From Octopus sinensis (lineage: Eukaryota): DNA of 64,000 nucleotides. The stretch is from assembly GCF_006345805.1 (NCBI RefSeq), contig NC_043006.1, forward strand, positions 35,712,001-35,776,000, given 5' to 3'. Under the pieces are notes generated by a model. It saw only the letters and a list, made by a program, of their open reading frames with translations, ran no database searches and had not been told where the DNA came from. The first letter of the stretch is position 1, and each line of letters starts with the position of its first letter. Positions 26,232 to 38,520 of this stretch are shown here, piece after piece. Both the position numbers and the translations under genes were made by a program.

Positions 26232-26782
26232 ATGTATCTATATATGTATATATGTATGAATATCCATACACACACATATGCAGATATATGTATGCATGCA
26301 TATACATGCACAAATACACATGTACTCATATATGTACATACATATGTGTGTGAGCCTGTGGGCGTGTGTCTGTGTGTGTATGTTTGCTTGTGTGTGTGTG
26401 TGTGTGTGTATGTGTGTGTGTGTGTGTGTGTGCGTCTGTAATAAATATAGATAGGGATAACCTATCCAGGTGGCTACCGACGAGCACTCAGTTATAATCC
26501 TTGTTCTGGCTAACCGTATCGAGTTGAAAGGAGCAATGAGAATAACGTAAGGTGAGCAATCCGACTGTAATCTATTCCCTAGATTGAACTAGATTAAATC
26601 AGAAGCACGATGTTACGTGAATGAGAAAAGGCAAAGTTGTTTGCCTTTTATGCAGCTCAATAAACAATAAATAGTGCTTGTATATGTTGAAATTAACATA
26701 AACTAAAAAAAGGCAAACAAAAGGGACAATTTCAAACCAATGAATTATTAGTATAACGCTTAATTAAGAAGGGAACGAGTCG

Positions 26783-26815
26783 ATAACGATTCGGACGCTA
26801 GTCCTTCATCGTATA
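26783..26815 (-). pseudogene. Decayed hammerhead relic
   Basis: ATA-CGATGA-A-GGAC(TAGC)GTCC-GAAT-CG-TT-AT; helix II intact, core damaged; flank resembles family B. Confidence 0.45.
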
Positions 26816-26904
26816 AATAAGAAGTATAGAACGAAAAAGTGGCGTAGTGATGGAAATATACATAAATATTTATTTGTGTGTATGTTTGTTAGATATATAT
26901 ATAT

Positions 26905-26987
<83 letters not shown>

Positions 26988-27017
26988 TATAGGTAGGTAG
27001 GTAGGTAGGTAGGTAGG

Positions 27018-27115
<98 letters not shown>

Positions 27116-27890
27116 CATCCTTGTGCATGTGTGTATGTATTGCTCTTGTTCTTATAATTGTCTTTTTATTTTGTTACTTAATACTGATTTATTGAATGCA
27201 CTCTGATGATGAAAGGTAAAGAAGAGGAAGGGCAAACGAAAAGCTAGAATTTAAACAATAATGTCAGCCACATGCTTGGAAATGAAGAACCAAAGAGAAA
27301 AACGAAGTGTATGGCGGTGTTGTTCCACCCTACAAGCATCATTACTCAAGTAGTAACATGGCAAAAACAAAAATACATTAGCTTTGATCGATACAGAACC
27401 AATAAAGTATCGGTAAACGTAGTACCGAGCGTTAAAGACTCACCATAAATAGAAATGACTGGAGCAGACGAGATGCAAGCAGGCTGATTCATTCGTTGGG
27501 TCAGTAGCGTGTGTACGTGGTTCTCTTTTATGTGTGTGTGTGTGAGTGTGCTGTGTATGTGTGTGTGTGTATGTGTGTGTGTGCGTGTGTGTATGTGCGC
27601 GCGTGCGATTTGTGCGATAGTGACTTATTTATTTAGTTAGATACACAAATTACTTAGTTTATTTGTAATTCTTTAATTTTGCTCTTTAGAAATAACAGCA
27701 ATCTGTCGTTGACTACCATGCCGATCAATGGTTTACTATATAACGAAGTATATATATATATGTGGCGGGTATGTGCGAATATATATATATATATATATGA
27801 ATATATATGTCAGTGTGTGGATTGTGGGTGTATATACATGCAAACATACTCACACACACACACGCACACACACACACGCACACACATACG

Positions 27891-27927
<37 letters not shown>

Positions 27928-28190
27928 CTATATATATATATATTATATATATATATATATATACAAATATTTATAAACATATATGTATATATATATATAT
28001 ATATGTATAAATATATATATATGTGTGTATGTGTGTGTGTGTTTGTGTTGTTTTTACATATATATGGTAAATATACATATTTATGGATAGAACGAACGGA
28101 GATACCCTCACATACACACATGCACACACAAACACAATCACAGATATATATGTATATACACGTACACATATACAGATAAATCTTTAACTG

Positions 28191-28225
<35 letters not shown>

Positions 28226-28362
28226 AAAACTATACAACACACCCAAGCCTGCAATTATATCTGTATAGGCATAATATATGTTTGTGTTTTGTGTGTCTAC
28301 ATATATAGACTCAATTGAGCATACAAACAAAGAAACAGACATGCATATACAAATATACATAC

Positions 28363-28400
<38 letters not shown>

Positions 28401-28404
28401 CATA

Positions 28405-28797
28405 TTTATTTTACTTGTTTCAGTCTTTTGGTTGTGGCCATGCTGGAGCACCGTCTTTAGTCCCAAGTATCAATCTTAAGGCTTATTCTTTGTAAACCTA
28501 GTACTTATTCTAACGGTCGCTTTTGCTGCTAAGTTGCAGAGACGTAAATACACCAGCATTGGTTGTCAAGCGATGGTGCGGGGACAAATATAGACACACT
28601 AATGCATACATACATACATATATATATATATATACGACGGGCTTCTTTCAGTTTCCGACTACCATATCCATTCACAAGACTTTAATGGGCAAGTGGCTAT
28701 AGTAGAATACACTTACCCAAGGTGCCACGCAGTGGGACCGAACCCAGAGCCATGTGGTTGGAGCGCAAGTTTCTTACCGCACTGCTACTCCTGCACC
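28405..28797 (-). mobile_element. SINE family A, near full length
   Basis: Head and tail blocks as in the other copies. Confidence 0.85.
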
Positions 28798-28953
28798 TAA
28801 ATATATATATATATATAAAAAAAAAAAATATATATATATATATATAAAAAAAAAAAATATAATATATATATATAAAAAAAAAAAAAAAAAAAATATATCT
28901 ATATAATATATATATGTATGTATGTATATATATATTAAGGTAATATAATATTG

Positions 28954-28984
<31 letters not shown>

Positions 28985-29029
28985 ATATATATGTAGTATA
29001 TATATATTATATGTATATATATATACATA

Positions 29030-29084
<55 letters not shown>

Positions 29085-29166
29085 ATCCAAACAAGAAAAC
29101 ACAGAAAAAAAGAGAAAAAAAACACAGCAACGCAGGACATATATATATATATATAATATATATAAC

Positions 29167-29203
<37 letters not shown>

Positions 29204-29232
29204 ATAATATAATATATATATATATATATATC

Positions 29233-31195
29233 CAATTCCAATTCTGGCTAGAGAATCACGCCAACGAAATACCACACCGCATCAAAAAAGAATTCGTGAT
29301 AGAAGGGGTTAAATTCATCCTGGAAAATAACTTCTTCGCCTTCAATGACAACTTCTACCGACTAAAAATCGGGGACTGCGATGGGTACACGAATGGCCCC
29401 CTCCTTTGCCAACCTAGTCATAGGATACCTAGAGATCAGTCTGTATCGTAAGGTTCTAGAAAGATATGGCAGTCCTTTCTCCATCTACATAGAAAACAAC
29501 TGGAAGAGATATCTAGATGACTGTTTCATTCTTTGGCATAAAATATAGAAAAACTCATAGAATTCCAGGAATTTTAAACGGGCTGGACGTAACATCCAAT
29601 TCACGATGGAATATAGCCAGCAACAACTTCCCTTCCTCGATATCCTCATTAAGAAAGCTAATAATATAATAGAAACACATATACTATAAGCCTACAGACT
29701 CTAAGCAATATCTCCATTCAATTCATGCCACCCCAGACACACCAGGATGAATATCCCCTTCAATCTAGCAAAAAGGATATGCACTATAGTCTCTAACGCA
29801 AACACCAAGACACACGACTACAAGAACTAAAAGATACCCTTATCACCAGGAACTATTCACCTTCACTTATTGACAAGTGCATTCAACGTGCCCTTCAACT
29901 TAGCATCAAGGAACTGAGACATCCCAAATCAAAGAAAAACTTACAACCAAAAGCCTTACCATACATCTCCACACACAAACCTCTCAATAACGAAGCCTTC
30001 GGCACCATCCTCCACAACATACCCCTCCTAAAAAAAGACCACAGAATGAACACATCCTCCAAAACACACACGATCATAAAACAGCCAAAAGACAGCCTAG
30101 ATCCTAACACAAGCCCGAATTCACTCTTCAACACAGAAGCCGACAGTAAAAAAATGTGGAAGACCCAATTGCGGGATATGCGACTATCTAATCGAGGTTC
30201 AGAGTTCTCCTTCAAACAGGACAAACGGTTTACAGTGAAAAGCAACTTCACATGTGCTTCGGAGAACCTAATATACTCACTAACCTGCTCCGGGTGTCAA
30301 GAGCAGTACATAGGCCAAACAAAAAATGGTTTGCGTAAACGAATGGCCCTGCACAGATCCCAGATAAAAATTCCCCAAAACAAAAAATAGCTTTTAGCCA
30401 ACACATAGATACTTGCGCAACAAAAAAAAAAACACCAAACTTCAGAATTTTCCCCTCTACCAATTTAGGGACGATACAACCTCGAGACAACGAATAAGTA
30501 AAGAAAATCTCTTTATTATAAAATACAGGCCACTTCTTAACGGGTCTACGACAAACAATTAATATACCTCAACTTAAGAAATAAAGAAATATATATATAA
30601 CACACAAATATTACATTCCATAGAATCCATTACTAATCGCACCCATCACAGCTATATCTTCACCCATTCATATTCTCCCTTCTCTGTTTTTTTTCTTTTC
30701 TTCTCTTCTTCTCATCATCATCATTATCATCATCATCGTCGTCAACGTCATCACCACCATCATCATCGTCATCTTCTCCTTCTCTTCTTCTTCTTCATCA
30801 TCATCATCATCAACACCGTCATCTTCTTCTTCTTCTTCTACTTCTCCACCTTCTACCCCTTAACCTTATCACTAATGTCTTTAAGTATAAACGCCTACGC
30901 AGCGACTGCCGGTCGCCACTGACCAGCCCAGATTTTCCCCTCCCACCCCCTCAAGAACTCACAACGACCTCGAATACACAAGTGCAACAAGGGAGTCAGA
31001 GAAAGGCAGAATGCCACCTATATCTGAACACTACTATGGAAGTATTCCTTTAAAAAAACCTTTCTTCTAATTTTTCAAATTTTTCTAAATTTAATTATTT
31101 AATCGTTACAGTTGAAAAGGTCTCAAAATGACCGAAACCGGTACTGAAAGATTCACTATAAAATCATCTTAGCATTTTCTATTTTTGACTTGTTT

Positions 31196-31198
<3 letters not shown>
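29233..31198 (+). mobile_element. 5'-truncated Penelope-like element (RT, Cys-rich linker, GIY-YIG endonuclease, tail), frameshifted
   Basis: GTAMGT-like..FANL, WKRYLDDCF, LPFLDILI..YYKPTDSKQYLHFNSCHP, KKCGRPNCGIC, IYSLTCSGC..YIGQT; (TA)n on both sides. Confidence 0.93.
31109..31146 (+). ncRNA. Minimal hammerhead, U3-A8 covariant core, GUA site
   Basis: CAG-TTGAAAA-GGTC(TCAAAAT)GACC-GAAA-CCGG-TA-CTG at the 3' end of the PLE. Confidence 0.75.
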
Positions 31199-31235
<37 letters not shown>

Positions 31236-31822
31236 CTTTTCCAATAAATGCGAGTTTGTCCCAATCCAGTAGAATGTACATACACACATATTAACTAATG
31301 CATATAGGAGTGTGTGTGTGTGTGTGTGCCTATGTGTATGTTTGTTAGTGTGTGTCTGTTTTTGTGTGCATTTGTATATGTATGTGTGTCCACCCTTCCT
31401 AGAATACATCTAGAAACATATTCAATGTAGTAGAAGCATTACTATCGCATAAGTCGATGAGTAGCAATGCTACAGCTTCAAAATTCGCTTCTGTGATCAT
31501 CCTTGTTGTCGTCGTCGAAGTCGTCATCGTTTCATCAACAACATCGTCATGGTCATCACGTGGATTACGATAAAGTTGTTGTTGATGATGATGATGATGA
31601 GGAGGAGGAGGAGGGAAAAAAGGGAGGATGGCACTGGTGACCATCATCACAGTCAATAGCTGTGACGTGTCAGCATTCGTAGCCGCAATGACAACACAGC
31701 AGCAGCATTTTCTCACCCTACTCATTGTGATTGTCAAAAACCCCACCACAAACCCCACCACCATCACTAACATCGACTTTCTAATCTTTATCACTAACAT
31801 CATCGTCATCATCACCATCATC

Positions 31823-31854
<32 letters not shown>

Positions 31855-31957
31855 CATCATAATCGTCGTCTTCGTTCTCGCCATCGTCATCGTCATTGGC
31901 AGAAGCAGAAACTGCGGCAAATACTTTGGCACATGTGATGGTGATTACGGTGCAAAT

Positions 31958-31969
31958 AGCAGTAGTAGC

Positions 31970-32001
<32 letters not shown>

Positions 32002-32133
32002 GTAGTAGTGGTGGTGGTGGTGGTGGTGGTGGTGTTGGTGGTGGTGGTGGTGGTGGTGTGGTGGTGGTGGTGGTGGTGGTGGTGTTGGCTGGTGGTGCTG
32101 GTGGTGGTGCTGGTGGTGGTGCTGGTGCCGGTG

Positions 32134-32168
<35 letters not shown>

Positions 32169-32459
32169 GGTGGTGGTGGTGGTGGGGTGGTGGTGGTGGT
32201 GGTGGTGGTGGCTGGTGGTGGTGGTGGTGGTGCTGGTGCCGGTGGTAGTAGTAGTAGTAGTAGTAGTAGAATCGTGAGGAAGAGATGGAGAAAAGGATGA
32301 AAAGGAAGAAGAAAAAGAGGAATAGAAGAAGAAGAAGAAGAAGAAGAAGAAGAAGAAGAAGAAGAAGAAGAAGAAGAAGAAGAAGAAACGTCGATAATGT
32401 ATTAAAACGCCTAAACCATGGACTATGACACTCGGCCGTTTTGCTGCCAGCAGCACTAT

Positions 32460-32504
<45 letters not shown>

Positions 32505-32532
32505 AACTACTACTACTACTACTACTACAACA

Positions 32533-32565
<33 letters not shown>

Positions 32566-32580
32566 GTTATTACTACTCTA
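31958..32580. repeat. Compound microsatellite (TAG, GGT, AAG, CTA) with an internal duplication
   Basis: Direct reading; GGTGCTGGTGCCGGTGGTAGTAGT occurs twice. Confidence 0.95.
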
Positions 32581-32704
32581 AGATCAATGTATGTTTACTA
32601 ACACAACCTCTAGCTATACTTATAGAAAGAGCAGCCGATCATTCCTCGAACCACACCGTATCAGCTTCAAAATATATAGATACATGTATAATACAGATAT
32701 ATTT

Positions 32705-33057
32705 AGTGGCTGTGTGGTAAGTAGCTTGCTTACCAACCACATTGTGGCACTTGGGCAGGTGTCTTCTACTATAGCCCCGGGTCGGTCAAATCCTTGAGAG
32801 GATTTGATAGAGGGAAACCGAAAGAAGCCCGTTGTAATATATATGTATGTATGTGTGTATGTGTGCGTGTGTGTGTGTCTGTGTTTGTCAATCCCACCCC
32901 AACATCGCTTGACAACCGGTGTTTATGTGTTTACGTCTCCGTAACTTAGCGGTTCGGCAAAAGAAACCGATAGAATAAATAATAGGCTCAAAAAGAATAA
33001 GTCCTGGGGTCGATTTGATCGACTAAAGGTGGTGCTCCAGCATGGCCACAGTCAAAT
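32705..33057 (+). mobile_element. SINE family A
   Basis: TGGCTGTGTGGTAAGTAG head through CCAGCATGGCC tail. Confidence 0.85.
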
Positions 33058-33766
33058 TTAAATAATTTATTACTAGTGGTTCGCATGCTTAATAAAAGTC
33101 ATAAAATATTTTTATATATAAGAGTGTATAGATATTTATACACGGAGAGAAGACCCTTGACAGGACCTCTTAAATGCTGAAATAGGGCAGTTAAACCCAA
33201 ACCACTGAAAAAAGGAAATCTTAAGGCACGCTGCTAATAGGCCCCAGAGTGAATAAGATATTAGCTAACCCAATACTCGCTATAAATAACCAAATAAATT
33301 AATTCGGTACCTGTAGCTCGTCATTAGGATCGCTAAGGAATGTATAGAGTTAAATTTTCTCATTCTTTGGCCGAGTAGTACACAGGTTAAATTTATTCAC
33401 TGCTGGGCTATTATGACTACGCTCGCGCACTGAGTTTGAATCCATAATGTATAAAGATGGAGCTGTCTTCCGCATGTGTTTGCCTCGTGTTTTCGGTACG
33501 TATTTTAGCTACATAATTATGCATTCCTTGGCGATTTTCACCAAACGTTACACACACATTACTTATGTCCTATGGATGGCCATTAACTATAATATTTTGT
33601 CTAGAGCTTTCTGCGTAAATGGACAAACCGGGGGAAATGGTAGTTTACACGGGGTTTTCTCTAATTCGTAGTGTGTACATGGTTTGTTTTTTTTTCGTAT
33701 GTAGGGTCTTCCATACTTTTTTAGGTCAAACTATAAGGTTTGACCAGAGCAAATTTTTGTTAGCGT

Positions 33767-34115
33767 AATAGCTGTACAACAACAGGTAGTAAACGAATAT
33801 GAAAACAATGCGCACTCGCGAATGGGGAGTGGGCGAGAGGACTCGGAAAGTTCACAACGTCAGACAATGACTTTTAAACTCTAGTGTTTGACCCGAACAA
33901 AAACAAAATAAAAAAATAGTGTAATAGGTGTAAAACAACTTGGTCTAAACGAATATGAAAAAAATGTGCGCTCGGGAACGTGGGGTGGAGGAGAGGACTC
34001 GGAAAATTCACATCGTCAGACCATAACCTTTAAAATCTAGTGTTTGACCCGAGTAATTTTTTTTTTAATAATATAATAGCTGTACAACATGTCCTTTAAA
34101 CTCCAGTGTTTGCCC
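33767..34115. repeat. Diverged ~156-bp tandem repeat (about 2.3 units)
   Basis: AAACGAATATGAAA at 33791 and 33947; GAGAGGACTCGGAAA and CTAGTGTTTGACCCGA repeated. Confidence 0.85.
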
Positions 34116-34442
34116 AAGGTGCCATGCAGTGGCACTGTACCAGGAACCGCGTGGTTGGGAAGATTATCCATTTTCTTTAGGGAAAAAATCGGATCGTGTC
34201 AATTGTCCTGTTCCTCTGCCCTCTCTGTTCGCCAGTAAATATTTTTAACCATAGCCTCGGGCCGAATAACGCATCCTGGAGGCCGAAGGTGGCATTTCAG
34301 ACTAAAACATTATCTATACTATAAACGAAGATGAAAACAAAAAATTTTGCACAAAATGTTTACGATTCTGTCTTCTACATAATAGTATTTAAAAAACAAT
34401 TGAAAAGTAGATATTTGTAAGCCATTCAAGAACACACACACA

Positions 34443-34528
<86 letters not shown>

Positions 34529-35066
34529 GAGAAATGGTTGGTTTCACTGCAACGTTTAAATCTCATTTCAATTTCAATATTTTGTCGCTTTGAAAGCGGG
34601 ACTTGTTCACTGACAAAACAGTTGTAGCACACATTTTTGTCAGGGTTTTACCGTGGTTTCAAAGAACGAAAATATTTAGACACAAGCGAAATTTAAATTT
34701 TGCAGTGAAAGTAACAGCTTTTGTTGTTCTGGAATTGCTTACAAACATCTTACACCCTGCAAATTCTCCTAAATATTCAACCTTACCCTGCCCCTATTTA
34801 CAAAACTTTCCACTCTTTTTCATTTGATTCTTTATACAGACTGTTCATGTTATTTTCTCTTAAACATTCCTTTAAATTGTTACGTTATAGAAATAATTAT
34901 AACCAGTGCGTTGTCCAGTTCTTGGGTAGAAACAAGTCAATTCTCAAAGAAACGTATGCTTCCACAGCGAATTACAGAAATTATGTTTTGAAAATAATCT
35001 ATACGGGGTCCATTTCTTGGATATAGGCTGCAAGTCCGAATGCATACATACATAAATACATACTTA

Positions 35067-35130
<64 letters not shown>

Positions 35131-35330
35131 ACGGGAAGCTTTATGAAAATAAACAAAAGACGAAGGCAGGTGGAAAACAAACGAACAATTGTATTAGTAT
35201 GGCGCTCAGGAAATATAAATAAAACAAGTCTTTAACGTTTCGAGCCTACGCTCTTCAACAGAAAGATACACAGAGAGAGAAAAACACAGAAAGAAGGAGA
35301 GAAAAAAAATGCGTGCAGTAGCTAACGAAA
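35131..35330 (-). mobile_element. Family B HHR-bearing short element, copy 2
   Basis: Homologous to 1235-1423; ends in (TA)n. Confidence 0.75.
35229..35266 (-). ncRNA. Variant minimal hammerhead (CUGUUGA-A core), GUU site
   Basis: TCTTT-CTGTTGA-A-GAGC(GTAG)GCTC-GAAA-CG-TT-AAAGA. Confidence 0.65.
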
Positions 35331-35348
35331 TATTTATATTTATATATA

Positions 35349-35710
35349 CTAGCAGAGATACCCGGCGTTGCTTGGGATTAAAATGCCATCGTTTGTATAT
35401 AATATATTACAGTTATGTTGAAACAGGTGATATGGGAAAGAGCCGCTTTTGTCAAAGAGGCTTTTGTGGAATAAATGCTGGGTTAATTCGGTTAAGCAAC
35501 ATGATGTGTCCGTTAGGAATATTTCGGGCCCTAACCTGTCATGGAAAATTGGGAGTGGGGGTTATTTGAAATAGTGTAAGAGATAAGAGATTGCTCTGGG
35601 CTCGCATTAGGCAAAAAGTTGGAAATTCTTTGCATGAACCTTGGCTTTTGTATTTGACGCCTGCCTATTACTTCAAGTATTTTATTTCGAGTTTATGTAT
35701 GTATGTATAT
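35349..35710 (-). mobile_element. Non-autonomous Helitron 3' end (5' end uncertain: ~35710-35732 or 37457)
   Basis: Minus strand ends CCCAAGCAACGCCGGG-TATCTCTG-CTAG|T: subterminal hairpin plus CTAG. Confidence 0.7.
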
Positions 35711-36040
35711 GCTAATGAGGGAGACCTCTAGATGGTAGGTAGAGGTAGCTAGATCTGGTAGAAATAGCAACCAAATCTCCCTCAAAACACCCTACTGTCT
35801 TAATCCGACAATTCTGCCTATTATGTAGTTTTAATGATAAACTGTAACTATAGATTAAGATTGTTAACCTCCAGATTTTAAGCGTTTGAATAGCAAAAAA
35901 TATTTTTCTCTTTTTTTGCTTAATTAAACTGGTTGCATTTTCCTCGTAGTTTTTCATGTCAGCTGTAAAGGTGCAGAGGGTTAACTTGGACGGTGTTATG
36001 TATTGGAGATGTTTGGTGATTGTATGTGGTTGTTACTTTT

Positions 36041-36415
36041 CACCGGCATCGGACGCTTGCTCCAGCGCCATCCATTTTCGAGGCCGGTCCATTCGGCAGG
36101 TAAGTTGTTACACACTCCTGAGCGAATTTCGACATCCGTATCCACCGTCCTGCTGTCTATATCGACCGACACCATTTCGGAGATCTAATGCCGAAGCGTA
36201 GGGTTCCATAGCCAGACATTCGGTCCATCCCACATCACCAGTTCTGCTTACCAAAAGTGGCACCGTGCATTCGTCGCGTCGTAATGGCTGAGATATACGG
36301 CCGATTCCGATCGGGAGAGGAGCGGCCCATTTCGCCTGTTCGAGATTAAATTGAGGCCCTCAACGTCCCCGGGGCCTCCAGTCATTCGGAATTGCGTGTC
36401 TTTCTCCCGCTGGCG

Positions 36416-36450
<35 letters not shown>

Positions 36451-36845
36451 TTACTAGACGGCTCGATTGGTATTTCGCCCCTACACCCGATTCCGACGAT
36501 CGACTTTCACGTTAGAGGCGCTTCGAACTTCCACCAGAGTTTCCACTGGCTTCGTCCCGATCGGGCGTGGGACGTCATCTTTCGGGTCCCAAGCCGCCTG
36601 CTACACCTGAGTCGGGGCGGGAAAGTGACGACACGCAGAAACACGGTTGCGAACGCGCAGACATGACCCGGAAACGATGCTTCGAGGTGCCACGCACACC
36701 TCGAAAACGGCACCTGGAGGTACCGGCGCCGGCGACGCGAGTGAAGACGTGTTACGTTCTCGCTTCCGCTGTACTGTTGGTGTTCACAAGGTGGAAGGAT
36801 CCAACGACTCGCAGCCGCTGTCGGGCTCCGTGAAGTGTCAGCTGT
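36041..36845 (-). rRNA. 28S: 28S (LSU) rRNA fragment, divergent; isolated copy, probably a pseudogene
   Basis: Antisense LSU core motifs CCAGCTATCCTGAGGGAAACTTCGGAGGGAACCAG, CCAGTTCTGCTTACCAAAAGTGGC, CTCCAGCGCCATCCATTTT and ATCTTTCGGGTCC. Confidence 0.92.
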
Positions 36846-37081
36846 ACGATTCGGGGCGGACGGCATGACCGTCGCAGCGCTTCGCAACGATGACGGTCTG
36901 GCATGGCGGGAGACGGAGGATCAAGCGGCGCGTGCGCTAGTCGGGATGGAAGAAGTAGAAGGAGCGAGAGAGAAAGATGAGGAATTCACGTTCCTTCCGC
37001 GCTTCTCCGGCTCACGCTCTTGTCTGCGACTCCCGACTCTACACCGCAGTCAACGGCGACAGCGTTTTCGTGTCGTGACTG

Positions 37082-37240
37082 CTTTCGAACAGGACGGGTC
37101 CCCGGAATGATGGGATCCCTGGGCCGCAATGTACGTTCGAGGTGTCGATATTCACTGAGTCCTGCAATTTGCATCAGTTTACGCGGATAGCCGCGCTCTT
37201 CATCGAGGGACGAACTGAGTGATCTCCCGTCCCGGGTTTC
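37082..37240 (-). rRNA. 5.8S: 5.8S rRNA-like sequence, divergent
   Basis: GATCACTC..TCGATGAAGAGCGC..AATTGCAGGAC..ATCGACAC.TCGAACG.ACATTGCGGCC on the minus strand. Confidence 0.85.
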
Positions 37241-37824
37241 GGTAATTGCTACTACTACTGACGACCACGTACAGATAGGGACGAAGGAATGGTAAAAAAT
37301 ATGGAATCGAAATGGAAATAGATTAATGGCGGCAGCAACTTGGCTCGGCTCAGCTCGGTTCGGCTCAGTTCAGCTCGGCTTAGCTCAGTTCCATTAGCGC
37401 AACACATAGCAGGGGTATCTACCATAGAAATATTTTTCAATCTGTGTCTATATAGGATACAGTTTTAAATTTCTTTATTTAATGCGAGACTATATATTTA
37501 CACTCCAGCATTAAGTTCGAACTCTTAAATTGTTAAAGATGTAGTTATCTTGCGCAAGTGTTTTAGGTACATATTTGCAACTACATAATTATTCATTAAT
37601 TAGCGATTCCGGTGACGAACTTCAGATTCCAAATTAGTTTATTTGGCAATTTATAGCGAAATTCGAGTTTGAGAGTAATTACTTCGTTTTTTGTTTCTTT
37701 TAGTGTTATAGTTGGCGTACTCATGAATACTCTTTTTCGTGATTTTTCTAAATTTTCTACCCTTATTATTTTCACAGTATATATATATATATATATATAT
37801 ATATACCAACATACATACGTATAT

Positions 37825-37879
<55 letters not shown>

Positions 37880-38023
37880 TCAAAATAAAAACATGATGCT
37901 AAGGATTCAGCGGTACATATGTTTCGGGCCTTTATTAGACGGATTTATAACAATGCATAATGTGTGTCTATGGCCTTCTTCAGCCGCGCACAACTGCTTA
38001 CAATTATCAAGTACTCACCCTGA

Positions 38024-38081
<58 letters not shown>

Positions 38082-38259
38082 TATATAACAAAATTTACTT
38101 GGAGGAGATGAAACGAAACGAAAACGAATCGAATCGACGCGAGGGCGCCCAGTCATACAAAAGTGTAATAAATAAAATATATGCATACATACATATATGT
38201 ACGTACCTATATCTACATGTATATATACATGCATATATAAATATATATACGTGAGTACA

Positions 38260-38520
38260 GGACACCACATATAGACATAGAACTCAACGAGAAACGAAAA
38301 CGTAAAACAAACGTGGAAACGGACCTAAACGAAAAAAAAAAAACAGAGTACAAAACAAACTACACAAGGAAAAATCCCCTTCATCAGTTGTCCCTAGTTC
38401 AACTCTAGCGTGTTTCGAAGGTTGGACAGAACACGACTCGTGGAAATAGTCCTTCCTGCGAAGGAATTAAATAAAATTACTTCGCAGAGGGGTAAAAACA
38501 AGGGAAGTTAAACATGTGAC
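38260..38520 (-). mobile_element. Family C short repeat, copy 3
   Basis: Homologous to 180-470. Confidence 0.6.

Noticed and set aside
31399-32720. Long poly-T/H/G/V/Y ORFs (up to 189 aa)
   Set aside because: Compound trinucleotide repeats are open in several frames at once.
35864-35984. piggyBac-like MITE (TTAA..TTAA)
   Set aside because: Terminal match is only ~8 nt and imperfect.
36507-37174. GC-rich ORFs as protein-coding genes
   Set aside because: They overlap the rRNA-derived sequence.
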